A model generated the notes under the pieces. The model saw nothing but the letters and a program-made list of their open reading frames with translations, was not told the origin of the DNA and searched no databases. From an uncultured bacterium (lineage in GTDB: Bacteria > Actinomycetota > Actinomycetes > S36-B12), in the NCBI GenBank assembly GCA_903954205.1, contig CAJBMR010000261.1, forward strand, positions 1 through 29,012: DNA of 29,012 bases. Reading direction: 5' to 3'. Shown here piece after piece: positions 1-8,895 of the stretch. The translations under genes and the position numbers were made by a program. Position 1 is the stretch's first letter. Every line of letters starts with the position of its first letter.

Positions 1-107
1 CCTCGATAGGCGGGTTGTCCGCTCACCATTTCAGCGTGAAGTCAGCACGACTGATGCAGCCGAGGTGACGCCGCACCGCGGTCTGCGAGATCCACGCACC
101 GGTCCTG

Positions 108-674
108 TCAGGAACCCACGGGAGAATCGAGTACGTCCCTCGTCGACACCACGGTGGCGAACTCGCCGTGCAGATTCGCCGCGGTCACGCGGGCGATCTC
201 CTCTGCCGGGATCACGGCACCATCCGGGCCGGTGCGGTCAAAGGTATGGGTCGCATCGATGACGAAGGTGACGTCGTAGCCGAGGTTGCCCGCCATACGC
301 GCCGTGGTCTCGCAGCAGTGGTTGGTCGTCACGCCGCAGATGGTCAGCCGCTGGATGCCGCGCTCCGTGAGCCAGACGTGCAGGTCCGGATCGCCGTAGA
401 AGGCAGAATTGACGTGCTTCGTGATGAGTACGTCGCCCTCGATGCCTGAGCGCAGGTCGTTGCCGGGCTGGCCGGGCCGCAGCGGGGATCCGGGCGAGAT
501 CGAGTCGTGGCGGACGATGACGATCGGGCGCTCGGCCGAGCGCCATGCGGCGATGAGTCCGGCGATGTTGGCCTCGCACTGCGGGTTGTCGCGCCGACCC
601 CACGCAGTGTCGTCGAAGCCCTCCTGTACGTCGACGACGACGAGCGCATGCTGAGGATCGGAAGTAAGGACCAT
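108..674 (-). CDS. Isochorismatase-family cysteine hydrolase (188 aa)
   Basis: Motifs ALVVVDVQEGF (catalytic Asp), ITKHVNSAF (Lys) and GVTTNHCCETTAR (cis-peptide/Cys). Start moved to ATG 674 (MVLTSDP), which has a TAGCCT -10 box 7 nt upstream. Confidence 0.9.
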   Translation of the reverse strand: MVLTSDPQHALVVVDVQEGFDDTAWGRRDNPQCEANIAGLIAAWRSAERPIVIVRHDSISPGSPLRPGQPGNDLRSGIEGDVLITKHVNSAFYGDPDLHVWLTERGIQRLTICGVTTNHCCETTARMAGNLGYDVTFVIDATHTFDRTGPDGAVIPAEEIARVTAANLHGEFATVVSTRDVLDSPVGS

Positions 675-680
675 GGCCCT

Positions 681-692
681 GAGGCTAGCCTC
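681..692. promoter_or_regulatory. Palindrome GAGGCTAGCCTC holding overlapping -10 hexamers (TAGCCT on both strands) for two divergent leaderless genes
   Basis: Perfect 12-bp palindrome in a 23-bp intergenic gap. TAGCCT (+, 686-691) is 6 nt before ATG 698; TAGCCT (-, 687-682) is 7 nt before ATG 674. Confidence 0.7.
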
Positions 693-697
693 CGGGA

Positions 698-1069
698 ATG
701 CATATCGAGATCGCACTCGACGTCAACGACGCCCCCGGCATGATCGCCTTCTGGTCGGCGGTGCTCGGGTACGACGTCGAGGATGAGGGGCGCTTCGACG
801 CACCCGATCGCGTCTACTGGTCACTCGTCGATCCCGCTGGCCGCGGGCCGCGCCTGGTGATCCAACGCGTGCCCGAGCCGGTGACGGCCAAGCCGCGGAT
901 ACACATCGACGTACATGAGCTCGACATCGAGACGGCGGCCGCGCGCGCGGTCGAGCTGGGAGCTACGCGGATCGATGACGAGCCCGTCACCGAAGTCGGC
1001 GCGGCCTGGATCCGGCTTGAGGACCCCGAAGGCAACGTCTTCTGCATCGTGCAGGAGCGCCGCCCCTGA
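698..1069 (+). CDS. VOC/glyoxalase-like family protein (123 aa)
   Basis: IALDVND..MIAFWSAVLGY, RLVIQRVPEP..K.RIHIDV, LGAT, W..L.DPEGNVFCI match the actinobacterial glyoxalase-like pattern. Confidence 0.88.
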   Translation: MHIEIALDVNDAPGMIAFWSAVLGYDVEDEGRFDAPDRVYWSLVDPAGRGPRLVIQRVPEPVTAKPRIHIDVHELDIETAAARAVELGATRIDDEPVTEVGAAWIRLEDPEGNVFCIVQERRP

Positions 1070-1136
1070 GACACGCGCGACACTTAGCACTCGAAGGTGC
1101 TTGTCTGCTAGGCCCCTCGTGTCGCAGTCTTCGTCC

Positions 1137-1652
1137 ATGGGGATCGAGGTCTCGGCCTTCGCCGGCAAGGACCGCCGCCTGGCCGGCTTCATCCTGGCCG
1201 GGCGCTGGCCCGACACCACGCGCGAGTGGACCCAGTTCCTCGCGATCGCCGTGCGCTTCGCGGCCACGCCTGGCCTGCTGCAGACGACCACCGTCTTCCG
1301 CGCGGTCGATGACCTGCCCGACGACCCCGAGCCCGAAGTGGTCGGCCTCATCACCGCTGCTGGGCCGGTGCTCGGTGAAGGCGCACCGAAGCCCGGGCAG
1401 TTCGCCGATCCGCAGCCCGCGGCCCTCATCGTCCTTCACCCACCCACGGAAACGCGGCCATCCACTCCCGAGGCCGAAGGTGCCGCGTCAGGTTGCGTGC
1501 TGCTGCCCGGTATCCCTCACCTGGGGCTCGATCACCGGGCGGGATGGGTGGAGGCGGAGGCTGATGGCACGGTGACGCGTCTGCTCAGCAGGGTGAGCGT
1601 CAACCTGGGCGAAGATCCCGACATCGCAGTCCTCGCCACGCTCTGTGCGTGA
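1137..1652 (+). CDS. Conserved actinobacterial hypothetical protein, often auto-annotated 'peptidase' (171 aa)
   Basis: GF.LAGRWPDTTREW.Q.L..AVR.A..PGLL.TTTVF and LHPP.ET.PS.PE..GAASGCVLLPGIPHLGLDHRA.WVEAEADG resemble a recognisable mycobacterial/actinomycete family. Start ATG 1137 has CAGTCT 6 nt upstream. Confidence 0.7.
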   Translation: MGIEVSAFAGKDRRLAGFILAGRWPDTTREWTQFLAIAVRFAATPGLLQTTTVFRAVDDLPDDPEPEVVGLITAAGPVLGEGAPKPGQFADPQPAALIVLHPPTETRPSTPEAEGAASGCVLLPGIPHLGLDHRAGWVEAEADGTVTRLLSRVSVNLGEDPDIAVLATLCA

Positions 1653-1655
1653 CGC

Positions 1656-2273
1656 TCAGGCGGACTGGCCGTCGCCGGCGTCACCACTGCCGGTGAAGTA
1701 GATCAGTTCGATACGCGCCAGGGTGCCCAGCGGGTCGAAGAGAGGTACGGCCGCGACCAGCGGGTCCTTGGCAAGCGCAAACGTGTCGTTGACCGCGGGC
1801 TGCGGGCGGAACCACTCGGCCGGATCCTCGGCCGCGGCAGCCATGTAGTCGATCCAGGCCTCGTTGTGTGCGAGGTAAGCCTGTTGCGCATCCAGCAGTT
1901 GCGTGTGCCAGGGCGTGATGCCGACTCCAGCGACGAACCCGCCCGCGTCGGCGATCGCCACCCCTCCACGCTCGGCGACATCGGAGAGCTCGGCGCGCAA
2001 CTGCTCGCGCTCCTCGTCAGTGAGGTTCTCGGTGTCATACGCCGACAGCACCTCATCGAACTCTGCCTGGGTCGCCATCATCGCCATCTCGGACTGCTCA
2101 ACAGTCGCGACGAGGCTGTCGGCCTCGAGCGAGCGCAGGGCCAACTCCGCCGCGGCGGCGAAGTTGGCGACCGTGATGAGCACCAGCGCGGAGATCCCGA
2201 TCGTCCACACCACCCAGGCGGGCACCCCGCGCCTGGGTGACTCCTGACCGGTCTCCAATACCTCCTGGCTCAC
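1656..2273 (-). CDS. Hypothetical membrane-anchored helical protein (about 205 aa)
   Basis: Hydrophobic segment VPAWVVWTIGISALVLITVANFAAAA followed by an acidic helical region. The upstream part of the track ORF overlaps the FAD gene antisense. GTG 2273 has CAGGAT 6 nt upstream; ATG 2309 is an alternative start. Confidence 0.65.
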   Translation of the reverse strand: MSQEVLETGQESPRRGVPAWVVWTIGISALVLITVANFAAAAELALRSLEADSLVATVEQSEMAMMATQAEFDEVLSAYDTENLTDEEREQLRAELSDVAERGGVAIADAGGFVAGVGITPWHTQLLDAQQAYLAHNEAWIDYMAAAAEDPAEWFRPQPAVNDTFALAKDPLVAAVPLFDPLGTLARIELIYFTGSGDAGDGQSA

Positions 2274-2307
2274 GTGACCATCCTGGGCTACGACTACCTT
2301 TGCTCGC

Positions 2308-3750
2308 ATGTCGGCCACCCCGGACACGGCCGCGCCCGGCGGGTCGGCCGAGCCATCGGACTCGCCGCCCTGGCGCGCGACGTACGACGCCCGGGTCGCG
2401 CGGCTGCGCGCGCAGTACGACGCCATCCCGGCCGGGGCACCCGTGCGGCTGGCGAAGCGCACCTCCAACCTCTTCCGGCAGCGCGCAGACTCCACGGTCC
2501 CCGGTCTCGACGTCGCCGACTTCGATGGTGTCCTGTCCGTCGACCCCGTCGCCCGCACGGCCGAAGTCCAGGGGATGACGACGTACGAGCACCTCGTCGA
2601 GGCAACCCTCCCGCACGGGCTCATGCCGCTATGCGTGCCGCAGCTCAAGACGATCACCCTGGGTGGCGCGGTGACAGGCCTCGGGATCGAGAGCACGAGC
2701 TTCATCTGGGGGCTGCCGCACGAGTCAGTCATCGAGATGGATGTCCTCACCGGAGACGGCCAGATCCTCACGGTGAGCGGCCGGCCCGACGACCCGCACC
2801 GCGATCTCTACTACGGCTTTCCCAATTCCTACGGCACGCTCGGCTACGCCCTGCGCCTGAAGATCGAGCTCGAGCCGGTCAAGCCCTTCGTGCGCCTACG
2901 CCACATCCCCTTCCCCACCGCACAGGCCATGGCCGATGCGATGGCGCGGATCGTCGAGACACACGAATGGGACGGTGAGGCCGTCGACTTCCTCGACGGC
3001 ACGGTCTTCTCGGCCACCGAGCAGTACCTCACTCTCGGGCGCATGACCGATGACGCTGGCGGTCAGCAGCCGAGCGGCTACACCGGCATGGACATCTACT
3101 ACCGCTCGATCCAGCGCAAGCGCGAGGACCTTCTCACCATTCACGACTACATCTGGCGCTGGGACACGGACTGGTTCTGGTGCTCGCGTGCCTTCGGCAC
3201 GCAGAAGCCGCTCGTACGTCGATTCTGGCCCAAGACCAAACTGCGCAGTGACGTCTACTGGAAGATCATCAAGTGGGATCGGCGCACGAAGTTCTCCACC
3301 AAGGCCGCACGCATCCGCCGCCGTCCCGCGCGTGAAGAGGTCGTGCAGGACATCGAGGTGCCCATCGATCGCCTCGGGGAATTCCTCGACTTCTTCCACC
3401 GCGAGGTCGGCATCGAGCCGATCTGGGTCTGCCCGCTTCGGCAGCGAGACCCGGCCGCCCGCTGGCCGCTCTACGAATTCGACCCGCAGGTCACCTATGT
3501 CAACGTCGGCTTCTGGTCCACCGTGCCCCTGCCGCCGGGGGTGGACCCCGCCGAGGGCCGCGTCAACCGGCGGATCGAGGCCACGGTCACCGAGCTCGAG
3601 GGGAGGAAATCCCTGTATTCCTCGGCGTACTACTCCCCTGAGGAATTCTGGAGCATCTACGGAGGCGGGGACTACCAGCGGCTCAAGGGGGTCTACGATC
3701 CCGCATCGCGGCTCCTCGACCTCTACGACAAGGTCGTGCGCCGCCGCTAG
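2308..3750 (+). CDS. FAD-binding oxidoreductase (Rv3719/BfaA/TmsA-like; probable 10-methylene fatty-acyl reductase)
   Basis: RLAKRTSNLFR, AEVQGMTTYE.LV..TL..GLMP..VPQLKTITLGGAVTGLGIESTSF..GLPHESV.EMDVLTG, FPNSYGTLGY (FAD_binding_4 type); adjacent to a Cfa-like methyltransferase. Confidence 0.88.
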   Translation: MSATPDTAAPGGSAEPSDSPPWRATYDARVARLRAQYDAIPAGAPVRLAKRTSNLFRQRADSTVPGLDVADFDGVLSVDPVARTAEVQGMTTYEHLVEATLPHGLMPLCVPQLKTITLGGAVTGLGIESTSFIWGLPHESVIEMDVLTGDGQILTVSGRPDDPHRDLYYGFPNSYGTLGYALRLKIELEPVKPFVRLRHIPFPTAQAMADAMARIVETHEWDGEAVDFLDGTVFSATEQYLTLGRMTDDAGGQQPSGYTGMDIYYRSIQRKREDLLTIHDYIWRWDTDWFWCSRAFGTQKPLVRRFWPKTKLRSDVYWKIIKWDRRTKFSTKAARIRRRPAREEVVQDIEVPIDRLGEFLDFFHREVGIEPIWVCPLRQRDPAARWPLYEFDPQVTYVNVGFWSTVPLPPGVDPAEGRVNRRIEATVTELEGRKSLYSSAYYSPEEFWSIYGGGDYQRLKGVYDPASRLLDLYDKVVRRR

Positions 3751-3778
3751 GCACACAGCATGACCCTCGGGAGGAATC

Positions 3779-5041
3779 ATGGACCTCGCCACCGCCTTCG
3801 CCACCGTGGTGCCAGCCGAACGCCGAGTCGGCTTCAAGGCATACGACGGCTCGAGCACCGGCCTCATCGGCGCCGAGGTGGTCCTAGAGATCACCAGCCC
3901 GCGCGGTGTCCACTACATCGCAGCCTCGCCCAACCAACTTGGCCTTGCGCGCGCCTACGTCACCGGTGACCTCGAGATCCACGGCGACGTCTATGAGGCT
4001 CTCAACCGCCTCTACCCCATGCCCCTTGACCACGTGTCCGTGGTGGACCGCGCACGCCTGGTCAAGCGATTCGCCCGCGAGGCACTCGTGCGCCCCGAGC
4101 CTCCGGCGCAGGAACGAGCCCTCGGAGGCCGCCGTCACTCCAAGCGGCGTGACGCCGAGGCGATCCATCACCACTACGACGTGAGCAACACGTTCTATTC
4201 GATGGTGCTGGGCCCATCGATGGCCTACACCTGCGCCGTCTTCCCCAACAAAGAGGCATCGCTCGAGCTCGCGCAGGAGGAGAAGTTCGACCTCGTGTGC
4301 CGCAAGCTCAACCTCCAGCCGGGCATGCGCCTGCTCGACGTCGGCTGCGGCTGGGGCGGCATGGTGCTGCATGCCGTCAAGAACTACGGCGTATCCGCCA
4401 TCGGCGTGACTCTGTCCCAGCAGCAGGCGGAGTGGGGCCAGCGGGCCATCGAGGATGCCGGCCTGGGCAATCAGGCCCAGGTCCGCTTCAGCGACTACCG
4501 CGATGTCAAGGAAACCGGCTTCGACGCGATCTCCTCGATCGGGCTCACCGAGCACATCGGCCGCGCCAACTACCCCTCCTACTTCTCCTTCCTCTACGGC
4601 AAACTCAAGCCGGAGGGGCGACTGCTCAACCACTGCATCACCCGGCCGGACGGTAAGTGGCCCGCGCTCTACAAGCGCAGCTTCATCAACCGCTACGTCT
4701 TCCCTGACGGCGAGCTCACCCCGCCCGGACCGATCATCACCGACATGAACGAGGCCGGATTCGAGATCCGCCACGAGGAGAACCTCCGCGAGCACTACGC
4801 CCTGACGCTCAAGCACTGGTGCGAGAACCTCGAGCGCAATTGGGACGCCTGCGTGGCCGAGGCCGGCCTCCCGACCGCGCGCGTGTGGCGCCTCTACATG
4901 GCGGCATCGCGCCTGGGCTTCGACATCAACACGATCCAGCTGCACCAGGTCCTCGGCGTCAAGGTCGGCGAGCGCGGCAAGTCCGGTATCCCGCTGCGAG
5001 TTTCGGGTGAGACCTGGTCCCTCACCGCCCCCGAAGGCTGA
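3779..5041 (+). CDS. cfa: Cyclopropane-fatty-acyl-phospholipid synthase-family SAM methyltransferase (Rv3720/BfaB/TmsB-like)
   Basis: AIHHHYDVSN.FY..VLGPSMAYTCA, LLDVGCGWGG (SAM motif I), GVTLS..Q, FDAISSIGLTEHIG, RYVFPDGEL, HYALTL..W; SD GGAGGA upstream. Confidence 0.88.
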   Translation: MDLATAFATVVPAERRVGFKAYDGSSTGLIGAEVVLEITSPRGVHYIAASPNQLGLARAYVTGDLEIHGDVYEALNRLYPMPLDHVSVVDRARLVKRFAREALVRPEPPAQERALGGRRHSKRRDAEAIHHHYDVSNTFYSMVLGPSMAYTCAVFPNKEASLELAQEEKFDLVCRKLNLQPGMRLLDVGCGWGGMVLHAVKNYGVSAIGVTLSQQQAEWGQRAIEDAGLGNQAQVRFSDYRDVKETGFDAISSIGLTEHIGRANYPSYFSFLYGKLKPEGRLLNHCITRPDGKWPALYKRSFINRYVFPDGELTPPGPIITDMNEAGFEIRHEENLREHYALTLKHWCENLERNWDACVAEAGLPTARVWRLYMAASRLGFDINTIQLHQVLGVKVGERGKSGIPLRVSGETWSLTAPEG

Positions 5042-5086
5042 TACGGTCCGGCTCCCGGAGCGTCCGGTATCGAGGCAGGAGTCGAT

Positions 5087-5461
5087 ATGAGCGCAATGCA
5101 GGATCCGAACGCCGACGGCGAGACCCTCTACCGCGAGTTCGTCGCCGCTGTTGCCGCCAAGGACTGGACCGCCGTTGACGCGATCCTGGCCGCGGACTTC
5201 CAGTCGGCGCACACCGACGGTCCGCGCGACAAGGCCGCCGAGATCGAGATGCTCAAGGCCCTGGACCTTGGCACCTACTCGCTCACCGACTTCGCCACGA
5301 CCCGCGGCGGGGACACCCTCGTGGCCACGCATTGGCTGTCGGTCGAGGAGACCATTGACGGCTCGCGTCTGTCGACCAAGGCCGCGCCGCGCCTGACCGT
5401 GTGGCGCAACGGCGCTTCCGGCTGGCAGATCATCGCGATCGCCAACCTCAACCCCGCCTGA
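5087..5461 (+). CDS. NTF2-like / DUF4440 family protein (124 aa)
   Basis: A.A..D..A.DAILA.DF....DG....KA..I...., then R.T.VW.....GWQII; SD GGAG upstream. Confidence 0.7.
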   Translation: MSAMQDPNADGETLYREFVAAVAAKDWTAVDAILAADFQSAHTDGPRDKAAEIEMLKALDLGTYSLTDFATTRGGDTLVATHWLSVEETIDGSRLSTKAAPRLTVWRNGASGWQIIAIANLNPA

Positions 5462-5465
5462 CGCG

Positions 5466-6272
5466 TCAGTAGAGAGCGGGGCCGGCGAGGTTCATTCCGC
5501 CGTCGGCCACCAGGGTGATGCCCGTGATGTAGTCACCCGCAGGACTCATCCAGAAGCCGATGACCGCAGCGACGTCGTCCACGGACTGCAGCCGCTGAGC
5601 GGGAATCACCTGGGCGACCTGCTCGGGATCGAGGCCGTAGCGCTCCCAGGCCTCGGTGTGCACGATGCCGGGTGCGACGGCGATGGTGCGCACACCGCGC
5701 GAACTCCACTCCTGGGCCCAGGTCGCCGTGAGGCTTTCGACACCCGCGCGGGCCGCTGACGAGTGAGACATGCCGACGATGCCGCGGTGCGGGGTCAAGG
5801 TCATGGTGACGCTGGCGATCTTGCCGTAGCCCGCGGGCAGCATCGAGCGCTTGGCTACCTGGGTCGAGACGTACCAGGTGGCGTCAAGATTGAGTCGCTC
5901 CACAGCGCGGAAGCCGTTGTAGGAGATGTCCTCCGCGCGCGCGACGAACTGCCCTCCGGCGTTGTTGACCAGCAGGTCGATGCGCTCCATGTTGCCGAGC
6001 ACGGCGTCGATCAGGGCATCGACATTCTCAGGCTCGCGGATGTCGCAGGGGTACGCCGAAGCCGCCCCGCCCGCGGCCTCGATGGCGGCCACAGCCTCCG
6101 CCAGCGGCTCCTCGCGACGACCGGTGACCGCCACGCGAGCACCCAGTCGGGCGAGCAGCTCGGCGGTCGCGCGGCCGATGCCGGTGCCACCGCCCGTGAC
6201 GAGCGCCGTACGACCCGCAAGCGAGCCGGGAGCGAGGGAGTCGAGGGCGTCGGGTCTGCGCGGGGGTGCCAT
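5466..6272 (-). CDS. SDR family oxidoreductase, peroxisomal trans-2-enoyl-CoA reductase / citronellol dehydrogenase-like
   Basis: TGGGTGIG, VTGRR (NADP-type), LVNNAGGQF, HSSAARAGV (PECR-type motif in place of YxxxK), VAPG; TAGGGT 6 nt before the ATG. Confidence 0.88.
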   Translation of the reverse strand: MAPPRRPDALDSLAPGSLAGRTALVTGGGTGIGRATAELLARLGARVAVTGRREEPLAEAVAAIEAAGGAASAYPCDIREPENVDALIDAVLGNMERIDLLVNNAGGQFVARAEDISYNGFRAVERLNLDATWYVSTQVAKRSMLPAGYGKIASVTMTLTPHRGIVGMSHSSAARAGVESLTATWAQEWSSRGVRTIAVAPGIVHTEAWERYGLDPEQVAQVIPAQRLQSVDDVAAVIGFWMSPAGDYITGITLVADGGMNLAGPALY

Positions 6273-6296
6273 GCGCCCACCCTAGTGACGCCCACC

Positions 6297-6363
6297 TTCG
6301 TTCAGTGGCGACTTATCGCACGTTCCCGGGCGAAAATGACGCTGTAAGTCGCCACTCAACGAA
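6297..6363. repeat. 19-bp-arm inverted repeat (one mismatch) around a 29-nt loop; terminator- or MITE/REP-like
   Basis: TTCGTTCAGTGGCGACTTA (6297-6315) and TAAGTCGCCACTCAACGAA (6345-6363); 12-bp perfect core. Lies immediately downstream of the CsoR-family stop codon. Confidence 0.7.
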
Positions 6364-6365
6364 CG

Positions 6366-6755
<390 letters not shown>

Positions 6756-7448
6756 TCAGCCGATTGGCTCGACGGAGACCTGGCTTGCGATCTCACCGGG
6801 CAACTCGACGTACTCCCCCGCCGAACCGACGAGCACTCCGGTGGCTGCGCGCTGCACGCGCACGGCGCCGCCGGGGACCACTCCCGCCCGCTGGAGCAGG
6901 GCGACCACCTCCGGGTCAACCTGTGCGCTCTCACCGATACGTCGCACGGTGACACGCACCGTGTCGTCGCCCGCGGCCCGATCCAGGCTCACCCAGTGCT
7001 CGCCGCGCGCCGCTGACGGCTTGGCGCCGGGCACGAGCTCCTCCAGTCCCGGGATGGGATTGCCGAACGGCGACTCGGTCGGGTTGTCGAGGATCTGCAG
7101 GATGCGCCGCTCCACCGTGTCGGACATGACGTGCTCCCAGCGGCACGCCTCAGTGTGGACATCTTCGATCGGCAGGCCGATGACATCGATGAGCAGGCAT
7201 TCGGCGATGCGGTGCTTGCGCATGACCCGGGTGGCGTACTCGCGCCCTCGCGGAGTGAGCTCGAGGTGGCGATCACCCTCGACCGTGAGCAGGCCGTCAC
7301 GCTCCATGCGCGCGACCGTCTGAGAGACCGTGGGGCCGCTCTGGCCCAGACGCTCTGCGATGCGGGCGCGCAGGGGCACGATGCCCTCCTCCTCGAGTTC
7401 GAAGACCGTCCGGAGGTACATCTCCGTGGTGTCGATGAGGTCGCTCAC
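6756..7448 (-). CDS. ideR: Iron-dependent repressor IdeR/DtxR
   Basis: DLIDTTEMYLRTVFELEEEGIVPLRARIAERLGQSGPTVSQTVARMERDG, MRKHR.AE.LL, HTEACRWEHVMS with the metal ligands conserved, plus a C-terminal FeoA/SH3-like domain. Start GTG 7448 (ATG 7457 alternative). Confidence 0.95.
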   Translation of the reverse strand: MSDLIDTTEMYLRTVFELEEEGIVPLRARIAERLGQSGPTVSQTVARMERDGLLTVEGDRHLELTPRGREYATRVMRKHRIAECLLIDVIGLPIEDVHTEACRWEHVMSDTVERRILQILDNPTESPFGNPIPGLEELVPGAKPSAARGEHWVSLDRAAGDDTVRVTVRRIGESAQVDPEVVALLQRAGVVPGGAVRVQRAATGVLVGSAGEYVELPGEIASQVSVEPIG

Positions 7449-7523
7449 GTCCAGCATTCAACCCCATTCACCGGCCCGCCGCCCCCGCGTGCCCCCGGGT
7501 CGAGCAGCCCCTAGCCTGCGAGG

Positions 7524-8882
7524 GTGCCCGCTGTTGCCTGGTTCCGCCGCGACCTACGCCTGGGGGACAACCCCGCGCTCAGCGCCGCGGCCGCCCTCGA
7601 CGGGCAGGTCGTGCCGCTCTTCGTCGTCGACCCCGCCGTGTGGGACCCCGCAAGCGACGTGCGCCGCGCCTACCTCGTCGACTCCCTGCGCGCACTCGAC
7701 GCCGACCTCGACGGGCAACTCCTCCTGCAGCACGGCGACCCCGTCGAGCACGTCGTCGCCGTCGCTCGAGCAGCGGGCGCGAGCGAGGTGCACGTCGCCG
7801 CGGACTACGGCCCCTACGGCGTGCAGCGCGATGAGCGCGTGCGCGCCGCCCTCGCCAAGCAGGGCATCGAGCTCGTGGAGACGGGCTCGCCGTACGCCGT
7901 CGCTCCGGGCCGGGTGACCAAGGACGACGGCACGGCGTACCGCGTCTATACGCCGTTCTATCGCGCCTGGATGCGCCATGGGTGGCGCGCGCCGGCCGCT
8001 GACGTCGAAGCGGAGTACGTCATGCCGCTCGAGTGCCACGGCTACCCCGAGCGCCCGGATCTGCCGTTCGCGCTTCCGGCGGCGGGAGAGGCTGCAGCCC
8101 TGGAGCGATGGGCTGCCTTCCGCGCTGCGGGCCTTACGGCGTACGACGACACGCGCAACTTCCCCGCGCTGGACGGCACGTCGTCGATGGGCCATCACCT
8201 CAAGTGGGGTGAGATCCACCCGCGCACGATCCTTGCCGATCTCGGCGACTCAGCGGGCGAGGAGACATTCCGCAAGGAGATCGCGTGGCGGGAGTTCTAC
8301 GCCGACGTCATGCATCAGCGACCCGAGAGCGCACGCGCGTCGATGGATGTGCGGTTCGACGATGACTTCGCGTGGGACTCCGGTGAGCGGGCCGACGCAC
8401 TCTTCGAGGCCTGGGCTGCAGGTCGTACCGGCTACCCGTTTGTCGACGCCGGGATGCGGCAGCTCCTCGCCGAGGGCTGGATGCACAACCGCGTGCGCAT
8501 GGTGGTGGCGAGTTTCCTGGTCAAGGATCTGCATCTGCCCTGGCAGAGGGGTGCGGCGCACTTCATGCGCTGGCTGCGCGATGGAGACCTCGCGAGCAAT
8601 TCCCACGGCTGGCAGTGGACGGCTGGCTGCGGCACCGACGCCTCGCCGTACCACCGTGTCTTCAATCCCGTGGGGCAGGGAGAAAGATTCGACCCGAATG
8701 GTGACTATGTCCGTCGCTACGTGCCGGAGCTCGCCCATCTGCCTGGCAAGACCGCGCACACCCCCTGGGACACCCTCGGCGGCTACGACCACGGCTACCC
8801 CGAGCGGATCGTCGACCACGCCGCCGAGCGCCTCGAGGCCCTGGACCGATTCGCCCAGATGAAGGGAAGCCCGAAGACCTGA
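7524..8882 (+). CDS. phrB: Deoxyribodipyrimidine (CPD) photolyase
   Basis: WFRRDLRL.DNPAL, YRVYTPFYRAW, TS.MGHHLKWGEI.PR, EIAWREFY, GRTGYPFVDAGMRQL..EGWMHNRVRMVVASFL.KDL...W, DGDLASN..GWQW, RVFNP..QG..FDP.G.YVRRYVPEL. Confidence 0.95.
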   Translation: MPAVAWFRRDLRLGDNPALSAAAALDGQVVPLFVVDPAVWDPASDVRRAYLVDSLRALDADLDGQLLLQHGDPVEHVVAVARAAGASEVHVAADYGPYGVQRDERVRAALAKQGIELVETGSPYAVAPGRVTKDDGTAYRVYTPFYRAWMRHGWRAPAADVEAEYVMPLECHGYPERPDLPFALPAAGEAAALERWAAFRAAGLTAYDDTRNFPALDGTSSMGHHLKWGEIHPRTILADLGDSAGEETFRKEIAWREFYADVMHQRPESARASMDVRFDDDFAWDSGERADALFEAWAAGRTGYPFVDAGMRQLLAEGWMHNRVRMVVASFLVKDLHLPWQRGAAHFMRWLRDGDLASNSHGWQWTAGCGTDASPYHRVFNPVGQGERFDPNGDYVRRYVPELAHLPGKTAHTPWDTLGGYDHGYPERIVDHAAERLEALDRFAQMKGSPKT

Positions 8883-8895
8883 GACACTCGGGTCC

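Noticed and set aside
1-107. Possible gene start on the minus strand at about 30 (MVSGQPAYR...)
   Set aside because: Only about 10 codons lie inside the window, which is not enough to support a call.
680-698. IdeR/DtxR iron box at the isochorismatase/VOC divergent promoter
   Set aside because: Only the left and central part resembles TWAGGTWAGSCTWACCTWA and the right arm does not match; overlapping -10 boxes explain the palindrome better.
3884-5332. Long antisense ORFs (e.g. 3884-5332, 2896-3894, 8899-10110, 13459-14358, 24648-25574, 27575-28933)
   Set aside because: They mirror well-supported genes on the opposite strand, as expected from GC-rich codon bias, and carry no recognisable motifs.
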